Source: Enterobacteriaceae bacterium 4M9
Lineage (GTDB): Bacteria > Pseudomonadota > Gammaproteobacteria > Enterobacterales > Enterobacteriaceae
Assembly: GCA_010092695.1 (NCBI GenBank)
Contig: JAADJJ010000001.1
Location: forward strand, 2,074,286-2,114,285
DNA: 40,000 bases
Reading direction: 5' to 3'
Both the position numbers and the translations under genes were made by a program. Below, piece after piece: positions 1 through 10,569 of this stretch. The notes under the pieces were generated by a model that was not told the DNA's origin, searched no databases, and worked only from the letters and a program-made list of their open reading frames with translations. The first letter of the stretch is position 1; the number at the start of each line of letters is the position of its first letter.

Positions 1-696
1 ACACCGCAGAAAGAAACCACGCCGTTTTATCCACGCTCGCCGTATGCGGTTGCCAAGCTGTATGCCTACTGGATTACCGTGAACTACCGCGAGTCTTACG
101 GCATGTATGCCTGTAACGGCATTCTGTTTAACCACGAATCGCCGCGCCGTGGTGAGACTTTCGTGACGCGTAAAATCACCCGCGCCATTGCCAACATTGC
201 CCAGGGGCTGGAGAAGTGCCTGTATCTGGGCAATATGGATTCGCTGCGCGACTGGGGACATGCCAAAGATTACGTGAAAATGCAGTGGATGATGCTGCAA
301 CAGGAACAACCAGAAGACTTTGTGATTGCGACGGGCGTGCAGTACTCGGTGCGCCAGTTTGTAGAAATGGCCGCCGCCCAGCTTGGCATCAAACTGCGCT
401 TTGAAGGCACGGGCGTGGATGAGAAAGGCATAGTGGTCTCCGTGACCGGCCACGACGCACCGGGCGTGAAACCAGGCGATGTGATGGTGGCGGTCGACCC
501 GCGCTACTTCCGTCCGGCAGAGGTAGAAACCCTGCTCGGCGACCCGAGCAAGGCGCACGAGAAGCTGGGCTGGAAGCCGGAAATCACGCTCCAGGAGATG
601 GTGTCCGAAATGGTGGCTAAAGATCTGGAAGCGGCGAAGAAACACTCACTGCTGAAGTCCCACGGCTATGAGGTTGCCATTGCGCTGGAGTCCTGA
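1..696 (+). CDS. gmd: GDP-mannose 4,6-dehydratase, C-terminal part (5' end outside window)
   Basis: Frame 1 is open from base 1 ([58 protein letters not shown]...), which reads as enterobacterial Gmd. Stop TGA at 694-696. It is followed by fcl/gmm as in the colanic-acid operon. Confidence 0.95.
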   Translation, partial: TPQKETTPFYPRSPYAVAKLYAYWITVNYRESYGMYACNGILFNHESPRRGETFVTRKITRAIANIAQGLEKCLYLGNMDSLRDWGHAKDYVKMQWMMLQQEQPEDFVIATGVQYSVRQFVEMAAAQLGIKLRFEGTGVDEKGIVVSVTGHDAPGVKPGDVMVAVDPRYFRPAEVETLLGDPSKAHEKLGWKPEITLQEMVSEMVAKDLEAAKKHSLLKSHGYEVAIALES

Positions 697-697
697 G

Positions 698-1663
698 ATG
701 AGAAAGCAACGCATTTTTGTTGCCGGCCACCGGGGCATGGTGGGTTCGGCGATTGTGCGCCAGCTGGAAGGGCGCGAAGACGTGGAGCTGCTGCTGCGCA
801 CGCGCGATGAGCTTGATCTGCTGGATGCAGCGGCGGTCAACGCCTTCTTTGAGCAATACCAACCGGACCAGGTCTATCTGGCGGCAGCAAAGGTGGGCGG
901 TATTCACGCCAACAACACGTATCCGGCGGACTTTATTTACCAGAACATGGCGATGGAGTGCAACATCGTGCACGTGGCGCACACGCATGATGTGAACAAG
1001 CTGCTGTTCCTCGGCTCGTCGTGCATTTACCCAAAGCTTGCCGCGCAGCCGATTAAAGAAAGCGAGCTGCTACAGGGGGCGCTTGAGCCGACCAACGAGC
1101 CGTACGGCGTGGCGAAAATCGCCGGGATTAAGCTGTCTGAATCCTACAACCGCCAGTACGGGCGTGATTATCGCTCGGTAATGCCGACCAACCTGTATGG
1201 CCCGAATGATAACTTCCATCCCAGTAATTCTCATGTGATCCCGGCTCTGATGCGCCGCTTCCACGAGGCGGTCACGCAAAACGCACCAGATGTGGTGGTG
1301 TGGGGCAGCGGGACGCCGATGCGCGAGTTCCTGCACGTGGACGATATGGCCGCGGCCAGTATTCATGTGATGGAGTTGGACCAGGAAGTGTGGCAGGAAA
1401 ACACCGAGCCGATGCTCTCGCATATCAACGTCGGCACCGGAGTGGACTGTACCATTCGTGAACTGGCGCAGACCATGGCTCAGGTGGTGGGCTACCGCGG
1501 GCGCGTGGTGTTTGATGCTACTAAACCTGACGGCACACCGCGCAAGCTGCTGGATGTGACAAGGCTGCACAGCCTCGGCTGGTATCACGAAATCGCACTG
1601 GAGCAAGGCCTGGCCAGTACCTACCAGTGGTTCCTTGAAAACCAGCAGCGCTTTCGGGGGTAA
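698..1663 (+). CDS. fcl: GDP-L-fucose synthase (GDP-4-keto-6-deoxymannose epimerase/reductase)
   Basis: The track ORF is 668-1663. The homolog-consistent start is ATG 698 ([19 protein letters not shown]..., Rossmann motif), giving 321 aa, the length of E. coli Fcl/WcaG. Long colinear identical stretches include [37 protein letters not shown]. Confidence 0.95.
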   Translation: MRKQRIFVAGHRGMVGSAIVRQLEGREDVELLLRTRDELDLLDAAAVNAFFEQYQPDQVYLAAAKVGGIHANNTYPADFIYQNMAMECNIVHVAHTHDVNKLLFLGSSCIYPKLAAQPIKESELLQGALEPTNEPYGVAKIAGIKLSESYNRQYGRDYRSVMPTNLYGPNDNFHPSNSHVIPALMRRFHEAVTQNAPDVVVWGSGTPMREFLHVDDMAAASIHVMELDQEVWQENTEPMLSHINVGTGVDCTIRELAQTMAQVVGYRGRVVFDATKPDGTPRKLLDVTRLHSLGWYHEIALEQGLASTYQWFLENQQRFRG

Positions 1664-1667
1664 CGGC

Positions 1668-2147
1668 ATGTTCCTGAGCGAGCGTGATTTTACTACCGTC
1701 GTGCGTGCCACGCCGCTGGTCTCCATCGACCTGATTGTGGAGAACGAGCGCGGTGAAATCCTGCTTGGGCGGCGCAACAACCGTCCGGCGCAGGGCTACT
1801 GGTTTGTACCTGGCGGGCGCGTACAGAAAAACGAAACGCTGGCCGTGGCCTTTTCCCGCCTGACTCAGGCAGAACTGGGGCAGCGTTTTGCAATGGCGCA
1901 AGGGCAGTTTCACGGCGTCTGGCAACACTTCTATGACGACAACTTCTCAGGCAACGATTTCAGCACCCATTACGTGGTGCTGGGTTTCCGCCTCAGGGTA
2001 CAGGAGCGTGGGCTGACGTTGCCAGATGACCAGCACAGTGAATACCGCTGGCAGTTGCCCTCAGCGCTGTGTGCGAGCGACGACGTGCACGACAACAGCC
2101 GCGCCTATTTTCTCGAACCGCGGGCTAGTGAGGTGCCAGGGCTATGA
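1668..2147 (+). CDS. gmm: GDP-mannose mannosyl hydrolase (Nudix family)
   Basis: The track ORF is 1635-2147. ATG 1668 gives [19 protein letters not shown]..., 159 aa as in E. coli Gmm/WcaH. The Nudix-like core [20 protein letters not shown] is present. Confidence 0.93.
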   Translation: MFLSERDFTTVVRATPLVSIDLIVENERGEILLGRRNNRPAQGYWFVPGGRVQKNETLAVAFSRLTQAELGQRFAMAQGQFHGVWQHFYDDNFSGNDFSTHYVVLGFRLRVQERGLTLPDDQHSEYRWQLPSALCASDDVHDNSRAYFLEPRASEVPGL

Positions 2148-3367
2148 AGATTCTGGTGTACGGCATTAATTACTCGCCGGAGTTGACCGGTATTGGCAAG
2201 TACACCGGCGAAATGGTGGCCTGGATGGCCGAGCAAGGGCATGACGTGCGAGTGATCACCGCACCGCCGTACTACCCGCAGTGGCAGGTACAGGGCAACT
2301 ACTCAACATGGAAGTATGCCAAAGAGCAGGGCGCGGCCACGGTCTGGCGCTGCCCGATGTACGTACCGAAGCAGCCCTCGACGCTCAAACGCCTGATTCA
2401 CCTGGGCAGCTTTGCCCTCAGTTCTTTCTTCCCGCTGATGGCCCAGCGCCGCTGGAAGCCGGACCGGATTATTGGCGTGGTGCCGACGCTGTTTTGCACG
2501 CCGGGGATGCGGCTGCTGGCAAAACTGAGCGGGGCGCGCACCGTGCTGCACATCCAGGACTATGAAGTGGATGCGATGTTGGGCCTTGGCATGGCAGGGA
2601 AAGGTAAGGGCGGCAAGGTGGCGCGGCTGGCGAGCGCCTTTGAGCGCAGTGGCTTGCATAACGTTGACCATGTTTCCACCATTTCACGCTCCATGATGAA
2701 GCGCGCTACCGATAAAGGTGTGGCGGCGCACAAGGTGATTTTCTTTCCCAACTGGTCGGAAGTGGCGCGCTTTCGTGACGTGACCACGCAGCAGGCCGAG
2801 GCACTGCGCGCGCGTCTTGGGCTGCCGTCTACGCGGCGCATCATTCTTTACTCCGGCAATATTGGTGAAAAGCAGGGGCTGGAGAACGTGATTGCAGTGG
2901 CGCAGCGCTATACCGACCGGCCGTGGCAGTTTGTGATTGTCGGTCAGGGCGGCGGGCGGGCGCGGCTGGAGGACATGGCTGCCAGGCTTGGGTTGAACAA
3001 CGTCACCTTTTTACCGCTCCAGCCGTATGACGACCTGCCGGCGCTACTGAAAATGGGCGACTGCCATCTGGTTGTGCAGCGGCTCGGTGCGGCAGATGCG
3101 GTGCTGCCCTCAAAGCTCACCAACATTCTGGCGGTGGGTGGCAATGCGGTGATTACCGCCGACCGTGATACCGAACTGGGGCAGTTGTGCCAGGCGCATC
3201 CGGGCATCGCGGTGTGCGTTGAGCCGGAGGCCGTGGACGCGCTGGCGGCAGGGATTGAGCAGAGTCTGTCCATGCCTAAAGAAAACACGCTGGCACGTGA
3301 ATATGCCGAACGGACGCTCGAAAAAGAGAGCGTGTTACGTCAATTTATCGCTGATATTCGGGGATAA
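2144..3367 (+). CDS. wcaI: Colanic acid biosynthesis glycosyltransferase WcaI
   Basis: 407 aa, colinear with E. coli WcaI ([25 protein letters not shown]... ...RQFIxDIRG). ATGA start/stop overlap with gmm. Confidence 0.93.
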   Translation: MKILVYGINYSPELTGIGKYTGEMVAWMAEQGHDVRVITAPPYYPQWQVQGNYSTWKYAKEQGAATVWRCPMYVPKQPSTLKRLIHLGSFALSSFFPLMAQRRWKPDRIIGVVPTLFCTPGMRLLAKLSGARTVLHIQDYEVDAMLGLGMAGKGKGGKVARLASAFERSGLHNVDHVSTISRSMMKRATDKGVAAHKVIFFPNWSEVARFRDVTTQQAEALRARLGLPSTRRIILYSGNIGEKQGLENVIAVAQRYTDRPWQFVIVGQGGGRARLEDMAARLGLNNVTFLPLQPYDDLPALLKMGDCHLVVQRLGAADAVLPSKLTNILAVGGNAVITADRDTELGQLCQAHPGIAVCVEPEAVDALAAGIEQSLSMPKENTLAREYAERTLEKESVLRQFIADIRG

Positions 3368-3369
3368 CC

Positions 3370-4815
3370 ATGAGTCAGTCACAACTGTTTCCGGTGATTA
3401 TGGCCGGTGGTTCCGGTAGCCGCCTCTGGCCGCTGTCCAGGGTGCTGTACCCCAAGCAATTCCTCTGCCTGAAAGGGGAACTGACCATGTTGCAGGCGAC
3501 AATCAGCCGCCTTAACGGCGTGAACTGTGAAAGCCCGGTGGTCATTTGTAACGAACAGCACCGTTTTATCGTGGCTGAACAGCTGCGTGCGCTTAATAAG
3601 CTTACTGAAAACATCATTCTGGAGCCGGCCGGGCGCAACACCGCACCTGCCATTGCGCTGGCTGCGCTGGCGGCAAAGCGCAACTGCCCGCAGGGCGACC
3701 CGCTGATGCTGGTGCTGGCGGCCGACCATGTGATTCAAAATGAAGAGGCGTTTCGCAGCGCAGTGCGTGAGGCCATGCCGTTTGCCGTGGACGGCAAGCT
3801 GGTGACGTTTGGGATTGTGCCGGACCTGCCGGAAACCGGCTACGGCTATATCCGGCGCGGCGAGGTGTGCGCACCTGAGATTGATGCTGTGGCATTTAAC
3901 GTGGCGCAGTTTGTAGAAAAGCCGAACCTGGAAACCGCGCAGGGCTATGTAGCAAGCGGAGAATACTACTGGAACAGCGGTATGTTTCTGTTCCGCGCCG
4001 GGCGCTATCTCGACGAACTGCAGAAATTCCGCCCGGATATTTACAACGCCTGTGAGCAGGCCATGAGTGCGGTGGACCCGGATCTCGATTTTGTGCGCGT
4101 GGATGAACAGGCATTTCTCGCCTGCCCGGAGGAATCTATCGACTACGCGGTGATGGAAAAAACCGCCGATGCGGTGGTGGTGCCGATGGATGCAGGCTGG
4201 AGCGACGTAGGCTCCTGGTCATCGCTGTGGGATATCAGCAGCCGCACCGCAGAGGGAAACGTCCATCACGGCGACGTCATCAGCCACGACAGCGCTAACA
4301 GCTATGTATGGGCAGAATCGGGGCTGGTCACTACCGTTGGGGTAAAAGACCTTGTGGTAGTGCAGACGAAGGACGCGGTACTCATCGCCGACAAAAACCG
4401 GGTGCAGGAGGTGAAAAAAGTGGTCGAGCAAATCAAAGCAGAAGGCCGCCACGAGCACCACATACACCGCGAAGTCTACCGTCCGTGGGGCAAATATGAC
4501 TCCATCGACGCCGGAGAGCGCTACCAGGTGAAACGCATTACGGTCAAGGCGGGCGAAGGGCTGTCTTTACAGATGCATCATCACCGCGCTGAGCACTGGA
4601 TTGTGGTGGCGGGCACCGCGAAGGTGACGGTCAACGACGATGTAACGCTGCTTGGCGAAAACCAGTCTATCTACATTCCGCTGGGGGCAACCCACTGCCT
4701 GGAAAACCCGGGCAAAATTCCGCTGGAACTCATCGAAGTACGCTCCGGCGCCTATCTGGAAGAGGACGATATCGTGCGATTTCGCGATCGCTACGGGCGC
4801 GCCCAGGCAACGTAA
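3370..4815 (+). CDS. manC: Mannose-1-phosphate guanylyltransferase
   Basis: 481 aa. N-terminal nucleotidyltransferase signature ([17 protein letters not shown]) and C-terminal cupin/mannose-6-P isomerase-like domain ([17 protein letters not shown]). Sits in the cpsB position of the colanic-acid operon. Confidence 0.95.
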   Translation: MSQSQLFPVIMAGGSGSRLWPLSRVLYPKQFLCLKGELTMLQATISRLNGVNCESPVVICNEQHRFIVAEQLRALNKLTENIILEPAGRNTAPAIALAALAAKRNCPQGDPLMLVLAADHVIQNEEAFRSAVREAMPFAVDGKLVTFGIVPDLPETGYGYIRRGEVCAPEIDAVAFNVAQFVEKPNLETAQGYVASGEYYWNSGMFLFRAGRYLDELQKFRPDIYNACEQAMSAVDPDLDFVRVDEQAFLACPEESIDYAVMEKTADAVVVPMDAGWSDVGSWSSLWDISSRTAEGNVHHGDVISHDSANSYVWAESGLVTTVGVKDLVVVQTKDAVLIADKNRVQEVKKVVEQIKAEGRHEHHIHREVYRPWGKYDSIDAGERYQVKRITVKAGEGLSLQMHHHRAEHWIVVAGTAKVTVNDDVTLLGENQSIYIPLGATHCLENPGKIPLELIEVRSGAYLEEDDIVRFRDRYGRAQAT

Positions 4816-4928
4816 TGGCGCAGGGTAATCCCTGAACGCCAACTTATCCAACACCCGGGAATTACATAACCACTGATTCTCCCGCAAGGGAGAAGGGCTG
4901 AGTGTCGCCTGAAGAAGGGGAAATAACG

Positions 4929-6299
4929 ATGACAACATTAACCTGTTTTAAAGCCTACGACATTCGCGGTCGCCTTGGCGATGAGCTTAACGAAGAAATC
5001 GCGCGCCGTATTGGCCGCGCTTACGGTGAATATTTACGCCCGCAAACCGTGGTACTAGGCGGCGATGTGCGCCTGACCAGTGAAGCGCTGAAATGCGCGC
5101 TGGCCGAGGGGCTGCGCGATGCGGGTGTTAATGTGCTGGATATCGGCCTTTCTGGCACCGAAGAAATCTACTTTGCGACCTGGCACCTGGAGGTGGATGG
5201 CGGCATTGAGGTAACCGCCAGCCACAACCCGATGGACTACAACGGCATGAAGCTGGTTCGCCAGGGCGCTCGCCCGATAAGCGGCGACACAGGACTGCGC
5301 GACGTGCAGCGCCTGGCCGAGGCCAACGACTTCCCACCGGTTAAAGACAGTGAGCGCGGCAGCTACCGGCAGGTTGATATTCGTGAGGCTTATCTTGAGC
5401 ACCTGTTCTCCTACGTCAACACCGCAAACTTTACGCCGCTGAAGCTGGTGGTTAATGCCGGCAACGGTGCCGCAGGGCCGGTGGTTGATGCGATAGAAGC
5501 CCGCTGTAAGGCACTTAGCCTGCCGCTTACTTTTGTGAAGGTCCATAACACGCCGGACGGCAATTTCCCTAACGGCATCCCTAACCCGCTGTTACCGGAA
5601 TGCCGCGCCGATACCCGCAACGCCGTCATTGAACACGCAGCCGATATGGGCATCGCTTTTGACGGTGATTTCGACCGCTGCTTTTTGTTTGACGAAAACG
5701 GCGAGTTTATCGAGGGCTATTACATCGTGGGTCTGTTAGCGCAGGCGTTTCTCGAAAAACAACCGGGATCGCGCATCATCCATGACCCGCGCCTGAGCTG
5801 GAACACCGAAGACGTGGTGACGCGCGCGGGTGGCACGCCGGTAATGTCAAAAACCGGGCATGCGTTTATCAAAGAGCGGATGCGTGAAGAGGACGCGGTA
5901 TACGGCGGTGAGATGAGTGCGCATCACTATTTCCGCGACTTTGCTTACTGCGACAGCGGCATGATCCCGTGGTTGCTGGTAGCGGAACTGCTGTGTGTGA
6001 AGGGGAAGCCTCTCAGTGACATGGTGCGTGAGCGTATCGCTGCGTTTCCGGCAAGCGGCGAAATCAACAGCACGCTGGCCGACCCCGTGAGCGCTATCGC
6101 CAGGGTGAAGGCGCACTTCACCGATAAGGCCGGAACCGTGGACGGCACAGACGGATTGAGCATGGCGTTTGCTGACTGGCGCTTCAACCTGCGCAGTTCT
6201 AACACTGAGCCGGTTGTGCGCCTGAACGTGGAGTCCCGAGGTGACCGCGAACTGATGATGGTACGCACCCGGGAAATTATGGCGCTGCTCAATCAGTGA
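4929..6299 (+). CDS. manB: Phosphomannomutase
   Basis: The track ORF is 4902-6299. ATG 4929 ([14 protein letters not shown]...) lies behind a GAAGGGGA Shine-Dalgarno and gives 456 aa, as in E. coli CpsG. Active-site loop [13 protein letters not shown] and DGDFDRC motif are present. Confidence 0.95.
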   Translation: MTTLTCFKAYDIRGRLGDELNEEIARRIGRAYGEYLRPQTVVLGGDVRLTSEALKCALAEGLRDAGVNVLDIGLSGTEEIYFATWHLEVDGGIEVTASHNPMDYNGMKLVRQGARPISGDTGLRDVQRLAEANDFPPVKDSERGSYRQVDIREAYLEHLFSYVNTANFTPLKLVVNAGNGAAGPVVDAIEARCKALSLPLTFVKVHNTPDGNFPNGIPNPLLPECRADTRNAVIEHAADMGIAFDGDFDRCFLFDENGEFIEGYYIVGLLAQAFLEKQPGSRIIHDPRLSWNTEDVVTRAGGTPVMSKTGHAFIKERMREEDAVYGGEMSAHHYFRDFAYCDSGMIPWLLVAELLCVKGKPLSDMVRERIAAFPASGEINSTLADPVSAIARVKAHFTDKAGTVDGTDGLSMAFADWRFNLRSSNTEPVVRLNVESRGDRELMMVRTREIMALLNQ

Positions 6300-6308
6300 C
6301 GGCAGGCG

Positions 6309-6364
6309 AGGGCCGATGCTGTCGGCCCTGCGCATCGTGCCGTGATAAACGCGCCTGCGGGCGC
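6309..6364 (+). other. Two GC-rich stem-loops in the manB-wcaJ spacer (no U-tract)
   Basis: AGGGCCGA-tgctg-TCGGCCCT at 6309-6329 (8-bp perfect stem). GCGCC-tgcg-GGCGC at 6351-6364 (5-bp stem). Neither is followed by a T-run. Confidence 0.4.
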
Positions 6365-6379
6365 CTGACAGGAACAACG

Positions 6380-7774
6380 ATGACAAACTTAAAAAAGCGT
6401 GAGCGATCGAAAACGAATGCATCGTTAATCTCTATGGTGCAACGTTTTTCTGACATATCCATTATGTTTGTCGGACTGTGGGTCATTTGCAGGATAGTCG
6501 CGCTGCCATTCTTTTATACCCATTTGCTGATGGCGCTGGTCACGCTGGTGGTCTTCCAGATGACCGGCGGGATAACCGACTTCTATCGCTCCTGGCGCGG
6601 CGTGAAGATTTCCACCGAACTACTGCTGCTGTTGCAGAACTGGACGCTGGCGCTGGTGTTCAGTGCCGGGCTGTTGACCTTTAGCGGCTATGTGGAAATC
6701 TCGTTTGCGACCTGGGTGAGCTGGTATCTGCTCTCAAGCGTTGGGCTGGTGATATGCCGCTCGTGCATTCGTATTGGGGCAGGCTGGCTGCGTAACCACG
6801 GCTATAACTCGCGGCGCGTGGCGATTGCCGGGACGCTGCCACAAGGGCGCGAGCTGGCGCAGAGCTTCCTTAATGAGCCGTGGCTGGGCTATGAGGTGGT
6901 AGGCATTTATCACGACCCGCAACCCGGCGGTGTACCGGCGTTCTGGGCCGGTAACCTCGAACAACTAGTGGAAGACGCGCGCGCCGGGAAAATTCATAAC
7001 GTTTATATCGCGATGGCGATGAGCGACGAAGTGCAGATTAAAAACCTGGTGCGCGACTTGAGCGATACCACCTGCTCGGTGATGCTCATTCCGGATGTTT
7101 TTACCTTCAATATTTTGCACTCACGCACCGACGAGGTGAACGGCGTGCCGGTGGTGCCGCTGTTTGATACGCCGCTTAGCGGCATCAACCGCGTGCTTAA
7201 GCGGATGGAAGATATCGTGCTGTCCGCGCTGATCCTGCTGCTGATTTCTCCCGTGCTGGCCTGCATCGCGCTGGCGGTAAAAGCCACCTCTGCGGGACCG
7301 GTTATTTTTCGCCAGAGGCGCTACGGCATGGACGGTAAGCCGATTATGGTCTGGAAATTCCGCTCAATGCGCGTGATGGAAAATGACGCGGTGGTCACCC
7401 AGGCCACACAAAACGATCCGCGCGTGACAAAAGTCGGCAATTTCCTGCGCCGCACCTCGCTTGATGAACTGCCGCAGTTTATCAACGTGTTTATGGGGGA
7501 AATGTCCATTGTTGGCCCGCGTCCGCATGCGGTGGCCCATAACGAGCAGTATCGTGCGCTCATTGAAGGCTACATGCTGCGCCATAAAGTCAAACCCGGC
7601 ATTACCGGCTGGGCGCAGATTAACGGCTGGCGCGGTGAAACCGACACGCTGGAAAAGATGGAAAAACGGGTGGAGTTTGACCTGGAGTACATCCGCGAAT
7701 GGAGCCTCTGGTTTGATATCCGCATCGTGTTTCTGACGGTGTTCAAAGGCTTTGTCAATAAAGCGGCCTACTGA
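6380..7774 (+). CDS. wcaJ: Undecaprenyl-phosphate glucose-1-phosphate transferase (colanic acid initiating enzyme)
   Basis: The track ORF is 6296-7774. ATG 6380 (MTNLKKRERSKTNASLISMVQRFSD...) gives 464 aa, as in E. coli WcaJ. The C-terminal sugar-transferase domain (DELPQFINV...IVGPRPH...KPGITGWAQING) is conserved. Confidence 0.95.
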   Translation: MTNLKKRERSKTNASLISMVQRFSDISIMFVGLWVICRIVALPFFYTHLLMALVTLVVFQMTGGITDFYRSWRGVKISTELLLLLQNWTLALVFSAGLLTFSGYVEISFATWVSWYLLSSVGLVICRSCIRIGAGWLRNHGYNSRRVAIAGTLPQGRELAQSFLNEPWLGYEVVGIYHDPQPGGVPAFWAGNLEQLVEDARAGKIHNVYIAMAMSDEVQIKNLVRDLSDTTCSVMLIPDVFTFNILHSRTDEVNGVPVVPLFDTPLSGINRVLKRMEDIVLSALILLLISPVLACIALAVKATSAGPVIFRQRRYGMDGKPIMVWKFRSMRVMENDAVVTQATQNDPRVTKVGNFLRRTSLDELPQFINVFMGEMSIVGPRPHAVAHNEQYRALIEGYMLRHKVKPGITGWAQINGWRGETDTLEKMEKRVEFDLEYIREWSLWFDIRIVFLTVFKGFVNKAAY

Positions 7775-9255
7775 TGATGAGCCTGAGAGAAAAAACCATC
7801 AGCGGCGCCAAATGGTCCGCGATATCCACGGTCATCATTATCGGCCTTGGTCTGGCGCAGATGACGGTGCTGGCGCGCATTATCGACAATCATCAGTTTG
7901 GCCTGCTGACCGTGGCGCTGGTGATAATCGCGCTGGCAGATACCTTGTCTGATTTCGGGATCGCCAATTCGATTATTCAGCGTCGGGACATCAGCCATGC
8001 CGAACTGACCACATTGTACTGGCTCAACGTTGGGCTGGGGATTGTGGTATGCGGGGCGATGTTTGCGCTAAGTGGAGCGATTGCGGCAGTGCTGCATAAC
8101 CCTGACCTTGAACCGCTGATTAAAACCCTGTCGCTGGCATTTGTGATTATCCCGCACGGCCAGCAGTACCGTGCGCTGCTGCAAAAGGAGCTGGCGTTTA
8201 ACAAAATTGGTGCGGTGGAGACGTTGTCGGTGATGGCAGGGTTTACGTTTACGGTTATCAGCGCCTGGTTCTGGCCGCTGGCGATGACCGCAATCCTCGG
8301 CTATCTGGTTAACAGCCTGGTGCGCACCTTGCTGTTTGGCTGGCTGGGTCGCCGGATTTACCGACCTGGCCTGCACTTCGCGCCGCGCGGCGTGATTTCT
8401 AACCTGCGCTTTGGTGCCTGGCTTACCGCAGACAGCATTATCAATTATGTGAATACCAATCTCTCGACGCTGGTGCTGGCGCGTATTCTCGGTGCGAGCG
8501 TCGCTGGTGGTTATCAACTGGCCTGGAACGTGGCGGTGGTGCCGCCGATGAAGCTCAATCCCATCATCACCCGCGTGCTGTTCCCGGCATTTGCCAAAAT
8601 CCAGGACGACACGGCAAAACTACGGGTGAATTTCTACAAACTGCTGTCGCTGGTGGGCATTATTAACTTCCCGGCGCTGCTGGGGCTGATGGTGGTGGCA
8701 AATCATTTCGTACCGCTGGTATTTGGCCCGAAATGGGACTTTATTGTGCCGATTTTGCAGCTTCTGTGCGTGGTTGGGCTATTGCGCGCTATCGGCAATC
8801 CTATTGGCTCGCTGTTGATGGCAAAGGCGCGAGTGGATATCAGTTTCAAATTCAACGTTTTTAAAATCTTCCTGTTCATTCCGGCGATTATTGCAGGCGG
8901 CCTGCTCGGTGGAGCGCTTGGGGTCACGCTCGGCTTCCTGGCGGTGCAGGTGATTAACACCGTGTTGAGCTATTTCGTGATGATTAAGCCGGTGCTTGGC
9001 TCCAGCTATCACGACTATGTGCGCAGCATCTGGCTGCCGTTTTATCTCTCCATCCCAACGCTTGCGGTGAGCTATGGCCTGGGGCTTGCGCTCGGCGGGC
9101 GGATGGCGCTCGGCCCGCTGCTGGCAGTGCAGATTGCAGCGGGGGGGCTGGCGTTTGCCCTGGCGCTGGTGGTCTCGCGTAATCCACTGGTGGTGGAGCT
9201 TAAGCGCCAGTTTTGCCGCAGCGATCGCCTGAAAACATTACTGAGAGCGGGCTGA
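7774..9255 (+). CDS. wzxC: Colanic acid repeat-unit flippase (MOP/Wzx family)
   Basis: Tandem ATGs at 7774 and 7777. The first overlaps the wcaJ TGA by 1 nt; the second would give the E. coli-like MSLREKTISGAKW start. Multi-TM protein colinear with E. coli WzxC through ...KRQFCRSxxxKxLLRAG. Confidence 0.93.
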   Translation: MMSLREKTISGAKWSAISTVIIIGLGLAQMTVLARIIDNHQFGLLTVALVIIALADTLSDFGIANSIIQRRDISHAELTTLYWLNVGLGIVVCGAMFALSGAIAAVLHNPDLEPLIKTLSLAFVIIPHGQQYRALLQKELAFNKIGAVETLSVMAGFTFTVISAWFWPLAMTAILGYLVNSLVRTLLFGWLGRRIYRPGLHFAPRGVISNLRFGAWLTADSIINYVNTNLSTLVLARILGASVAGGYQLAWNVAVVPPMKLNPIITRVLFPAFAKIQDDTAKLRVNFYKLLSLVGIINFPALLGLMVVANHFVPLVFGPKWDFIVPILQLLCVVGLLRAIGNPIGSLLMAKARVDISFKFNVFKIFLFIPAIIAGGLLGGALGVTLGFLAVQVINTVLSYFVMIKPVLGSSYHDYVRSIWLPFYLSIPTLAVSYGLGLALGGRMALGPLLAVQIAAGGLAFALALVVSRNPLVVELKRQFCRSDRLKTLLRAG

Positions 9256-9288
9256 ATGCCCGCCGTAACGCCCTGTTCAGAGGACACT

Positions 9289-10569
9289 ATGAAAGTACTG
9301 ATTCTTGGCAACCACACCTGCGGTAACCGCGGTGACAGCGCCATTTTGCGCGGTCTGATTGATGCCATTAGCGCGCTGGAGCCTCAGGCTGATATTGATG
9401 TTATGAGCCGCTACCCGGTGAGTTCTGCCTGGCTACTTGGGCGCGAGGTCCTGGCCGACCCGCTGTATACCCAGATGCAACGCCTCAATGGCGCGGCGGG
9501 CATGGTCGGGCGGGTAAAAAAAGTGCTGCGTCGGCGCTACATGCATCAGGCGCTGCTGGCAAAGGTGAGCGACAGCGGTCGCCTGCGCAATGTGTCGCTG
9601 CCGCAGGGGTTCAGCGATTTTGCGCAGCAGTTGCAACAGTATGATGCCGTTATCCAGGTCGGTGGTTCGTTTTTTGTCGATCTTTACGGCGCACCGCAGT
9701 TTGAGCACGCACTGTGCAGCTTTATGGCCAGTAAGCCGGTGTACATGGTGGGCCACAGCGTGGGGCCATTTCAGGCACCGCAGTTTAATCAACTCGCAAA
9801 CTTTGTATTTGGCCGCTGTGAGGCGCTGATTTTACGTGAGTCGGTGAGTCTTGAGTTAATGAAGGTAAGCGGTATTGATACCAGAAAGGTGGAGCATGGT
9901 GTGGATACCGCCTGGCTGGTGGCGCATCGCGATGAGGATTTTGTCGCGAGTTTTACGGTGCAGCACTGGCTGACGGTCGCAGCACGCGAGAAAACCGTTG
10001 CTATCACTTTGCGTGAACTGGCGCCGTTTGACTGCCGACTTGGCACGACACAGCAGGCGTACGGAAAAGCCTTTGCCTCGGTAATAAATCGCATTATTGA
10101 CGAAGGCTACCAGGTTCTGGCGCTTTCTACCTGTACCGGCATCGACAGCTATAACAAAGACGACCGCATGGTGGCGCTGAGAGTGGCGAAGCTGATTGAA
10201 CGCCCGGAGCGGTTTCATGTGGTGATGGATGAACTGAACGACCTCGAAATGGGCAAAATTCTCGGTGCGTGTGCGCTGACGGTGGGGACCCGCCTGCATT
10301 CGGCCATTATTTCCATGAACTTTGGTACGCCTGCCGTGGCCCTGAATTATGAGCATAAATCTGCGGGCATTATGCGCCAGCTTGGCATGCCGGAAATGGC
10401 GGTCGATATTCGCCAGCTCCTTGATGGTTCTTTGCAGGGAAGCGTTGCCGATACCCTCGGCGCGTTGCCGCAAATCCGCGAAAAACTGGCGCTGGCGGTG
10501 ATTAAGGAGCGCGAGAACGGTTACCAGATGGTTAGCTCGGTACTGGCGCGCATCCGGGAGGGAAAATGA
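9289..10569 (+). CDS. wcaK: Colanic acid pyruvyl transferase WcaK
   Basis: The track ORF is 9256-10569. ATG 9289 (MKVLILGNHTCGNRGDSAILRGL...) gives 426 aa, as in E. coli WcaK. Polysaccharide pyruvyl-transferase family. Confidence 0.92.
   Translation: MKVLILGNHTCGNRGDSAILRGLIDAISALEPQADIDVMSRYPVSSAWLLGREVLADPLYTQMQRLNGAAGMVGRVKKVLRRRYMHQALLAKVSDSGRLRNVSLPQGFSDFAQQLQQYDAVIQVGGSFFVDLYGAPQFEHALCSFMASKPVYMVGHSVGPFQAPQFNQLANFVFGRCEALILRESVSLELMKVSGIDTRKVEHGVDTAWLVAHRDEDFVASFTVQHWLTVAAREKTVAITLRELAPFDCRLGTTQQAYGKAFASVINRIIDEGYQVLALSTCTGIDSYNKDDRMVALRVAKLIERPERFHVVMDELNDLEMGKILGACALTVGTRLHSAIISMNFGTPAVALNYEHKSAGIMRQLGMPEMAVDIRQLLDGSLQGSVADTLGALPQIREKLALAVIKERENGYQMVSSVLARIREGK

Noticed and set aside
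1070-1780. 236-aa ORF on the - strand, antisense to fcl/gmm
   Set aside because: It lies entirely inside well-supported + strand genes in a GC-rich region. The Arg/Ala/Pro/His-rich, low-complexity translation is typical of shadow ORFs, and no family resemblance was seen.
6296-6379. N-terminal extensions offered by the ORF track (wcaJ from 6296; likewise fcl 668, gmm 1635, manB 4902, wcaK 9256, galF 13424, fnlB 23040, hisH 34538)
   Set aside because: The extensions overlap upstream genes or spacers and add sequence absent from homologs. Internal ATGs give exactly the E. coli protein lengths (321, 159, 456, 464, 426, 297 and 196 aa) and sensible Shine-Dalgarno sites or ATGA couplings.
5847-6422. 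191-aa - strand ORF, antisense to the manB 3' end
   Set aside because: A shadow ORF of a GC-rich gene. It crosses the manB stop and the hairpin spacer and has no recognisable domain.
6552-9172. Several Chi-like octamers (GCTGGTGG) on the + strand within manB, wcaJ and wzxC
   Set aside because: Chi is abundant and strand-biased throughout enterobacterial core genes. Without genome-wide counts there is no evidence of local enrichment.
9856-10473. 205-aa - strand ORF, antisense to wcaK
   Set aside because: A shadow ORF. The wcaK frame is colinear with E. coli WcaK along its whole length, while the antisense translation is Arg/His-rich nonsense.
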